Below, piece after piece: positions 51,121-52,624 of a DNA stretch of 52,624 nucleotides (positions within the stretch are counted from its first letter, which is position 1; every line of letters begins with the position of its first letter). The notes beneath the pieces were generated by a model, which was not told the origin of the DNA, did no database searches, and saw only the letters and a program-made list of their open reading frames with translations. The DNA comes from Octopus bimaculoides (Eukaryota), in the NCBI RefSeq assembly GCF_001194135.2, contig NC_068984.1:122516228-122568851 (forward strand). The letters run 5' to 3'. Position numbers and translations under genes: made by a program.

Positions 51121-51767
51121 ATTTTACCTGATAGATGCGGCATTTTATATAGTGATCAGTAACAGACAACATTAAGACAATAATCAATGACACAGAATAT
51201 TTATAAAGGAGTCAATAACAAACGGAATTTATTCAGTCGTCATCGATAAACGATATATATATAGTGATTGATGACAGATGATATTTATACAACGATCAGT
51301 GACAAACAATATTCATTCAATAATGAACAACTCAGATCACATCTATAATAATAAATACCAAAACGAATTTCTGTGTGTCAGTGTGTCACACTTTGACCCC
51401 CTCTCACTATTCCTCGTGAAGGGGTGAGAATAATAGTAGGCATAGAGACAGTGAGGGTGGTAGTAGATTGACGATTGTGATGGTAATGGGTTGATAGTAA
51501 TAGTATGAGCTGTAGTTGTGATAGAGGTGGAGGCGACGGTGGTGGTGGTGGTGGTGATGGTGGTGGTGGTGGTGGTAGCCGAGGCAGTCAGAGATGAACG
51601 TGATAGTGAGCGATGTGAAAGACAGTGGTGATGGTGGTGGAGGGGAAGGCGGCGAAATCAAAGGTACTAATGGTGGTGGCGTCAGAAGTTTGAATGGTGT
51701 GTGTATGGCAGTTGTGGTGGCGATGGTGGTGGTACTAGTGATGGTGATGGTTGAAAACAATCAACAG

Positions 51768-51801
<34 letters not shown>

Positions 51802-52570
51802 TAGACAGAAAAAAAATTGTACTGCCCCCGAATGGGAAGACAAAAAATGTTGTTTATCTTGCAGCTTTGCCATAAGTTCCAAGTCGACAAATTATATTGT
51901 TTTGATGAAAATTGTTCATTGCTTGAAAAATATTGGTAAAGTTTAATAAAATTTAATATATACGCAATGCATAAAGTGTCATTGTTGGGCCCAAGGCCCA
52001 ATGAAGAGCTCACCACAGGAGCTAGTTTATATATAAACCAATGACCAGATATACTTATAGTGCTAGACAGTACATTCTCAGTAATCATCAACAACCGACA
52101 TTCATTCAGTGATCAATGACATACGACATTTATAGAGTAATCAATGGCAGACCATATTTATACAGTGGTCAATAACCAGTGACACTTACACAGCGTTCAA
52201 TAATTATTGTGAACTCTCTTGTCGTGTACGCTAGATGAGGGTCCTGCACTTTCTTGCAAAATAGCCTGCAACAAAAGAAGATTTGTTTATAATGATCAAG
52301 TGGTTACGCCTTACATTTATTTCCCTCCCTTCCATCCAATTGACTTTTCCTGCATTTGGTGCACAGGTGTGCCACACCGTCGGATGAAATAAAGTGTTTT
52401 GCTCAGAAACATAAAGCGCTGAGCTTTTAATCGTGAGTGCAACACATAAACCACTAAGAGATGCACCCGTACGATCAATAACGAACGACGATATACATAT
52501 TTATTACTTCCGTGGTTCAGCTCGCTATGAAACATATGTAACCCGGATTTTATCTTCTCCATTCCTTAAC

Positions 52571-52610
<40 letters not shown>

Positions 52611-52624
52611 CCTCTCTTTATATA

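Larger units (their letters stand above)
49810..52200 (+). repeat. Fragmented old tandem array (catttatatagtgatcaat.acaga motif)
   Basis: The same motif occurs at 49810-50190, 51130-51330 and 52040-52200, separated by SINEs and microsatellites. Confidence 0.55.

Overview
AT-rich eukaryotic scaffold segment with about 20 N-gaps, nearly all next to microsatellites. The SINE families point to a coleoid cephalopod, probably Octopus; this is inferred from recalled repeat sequences, not from a search. I can recognise no intact host protein-coding gene, and most ORFs in the supplied track are artefacts of microsatellites or N-runs. The window is a nest of decayed mobile elements. DNA transposons: two mariner remnants, a near-complete Tigger/pogo transposase, probable Tc1- and maT-like remnants, and hAT/Charlie-type MITEs. 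Non-LTR retrotransposons: four remnants (Tx1/L1-like RT, RTE-like RT, two R4/Dong-like RLE elements), all on the minus strand. There are also more than 20 copies of modular tRNA-derived SINEs and several minisatellites. The main finding is a 347-bp TA-flanked foldback element (35720-36066). Its inverted arms are about 120 bp and 95% identical, and its spacer holds a complete type I hammerhead-ribozyme core on the minus strand. A second foldback with unrelated arms (13001-13398) and a nearby motif (12560-12638) carry broken hammerhead parts with the same AGCTAGC stem motif, suggesting a family of ribozyme-carrying foldback elements.
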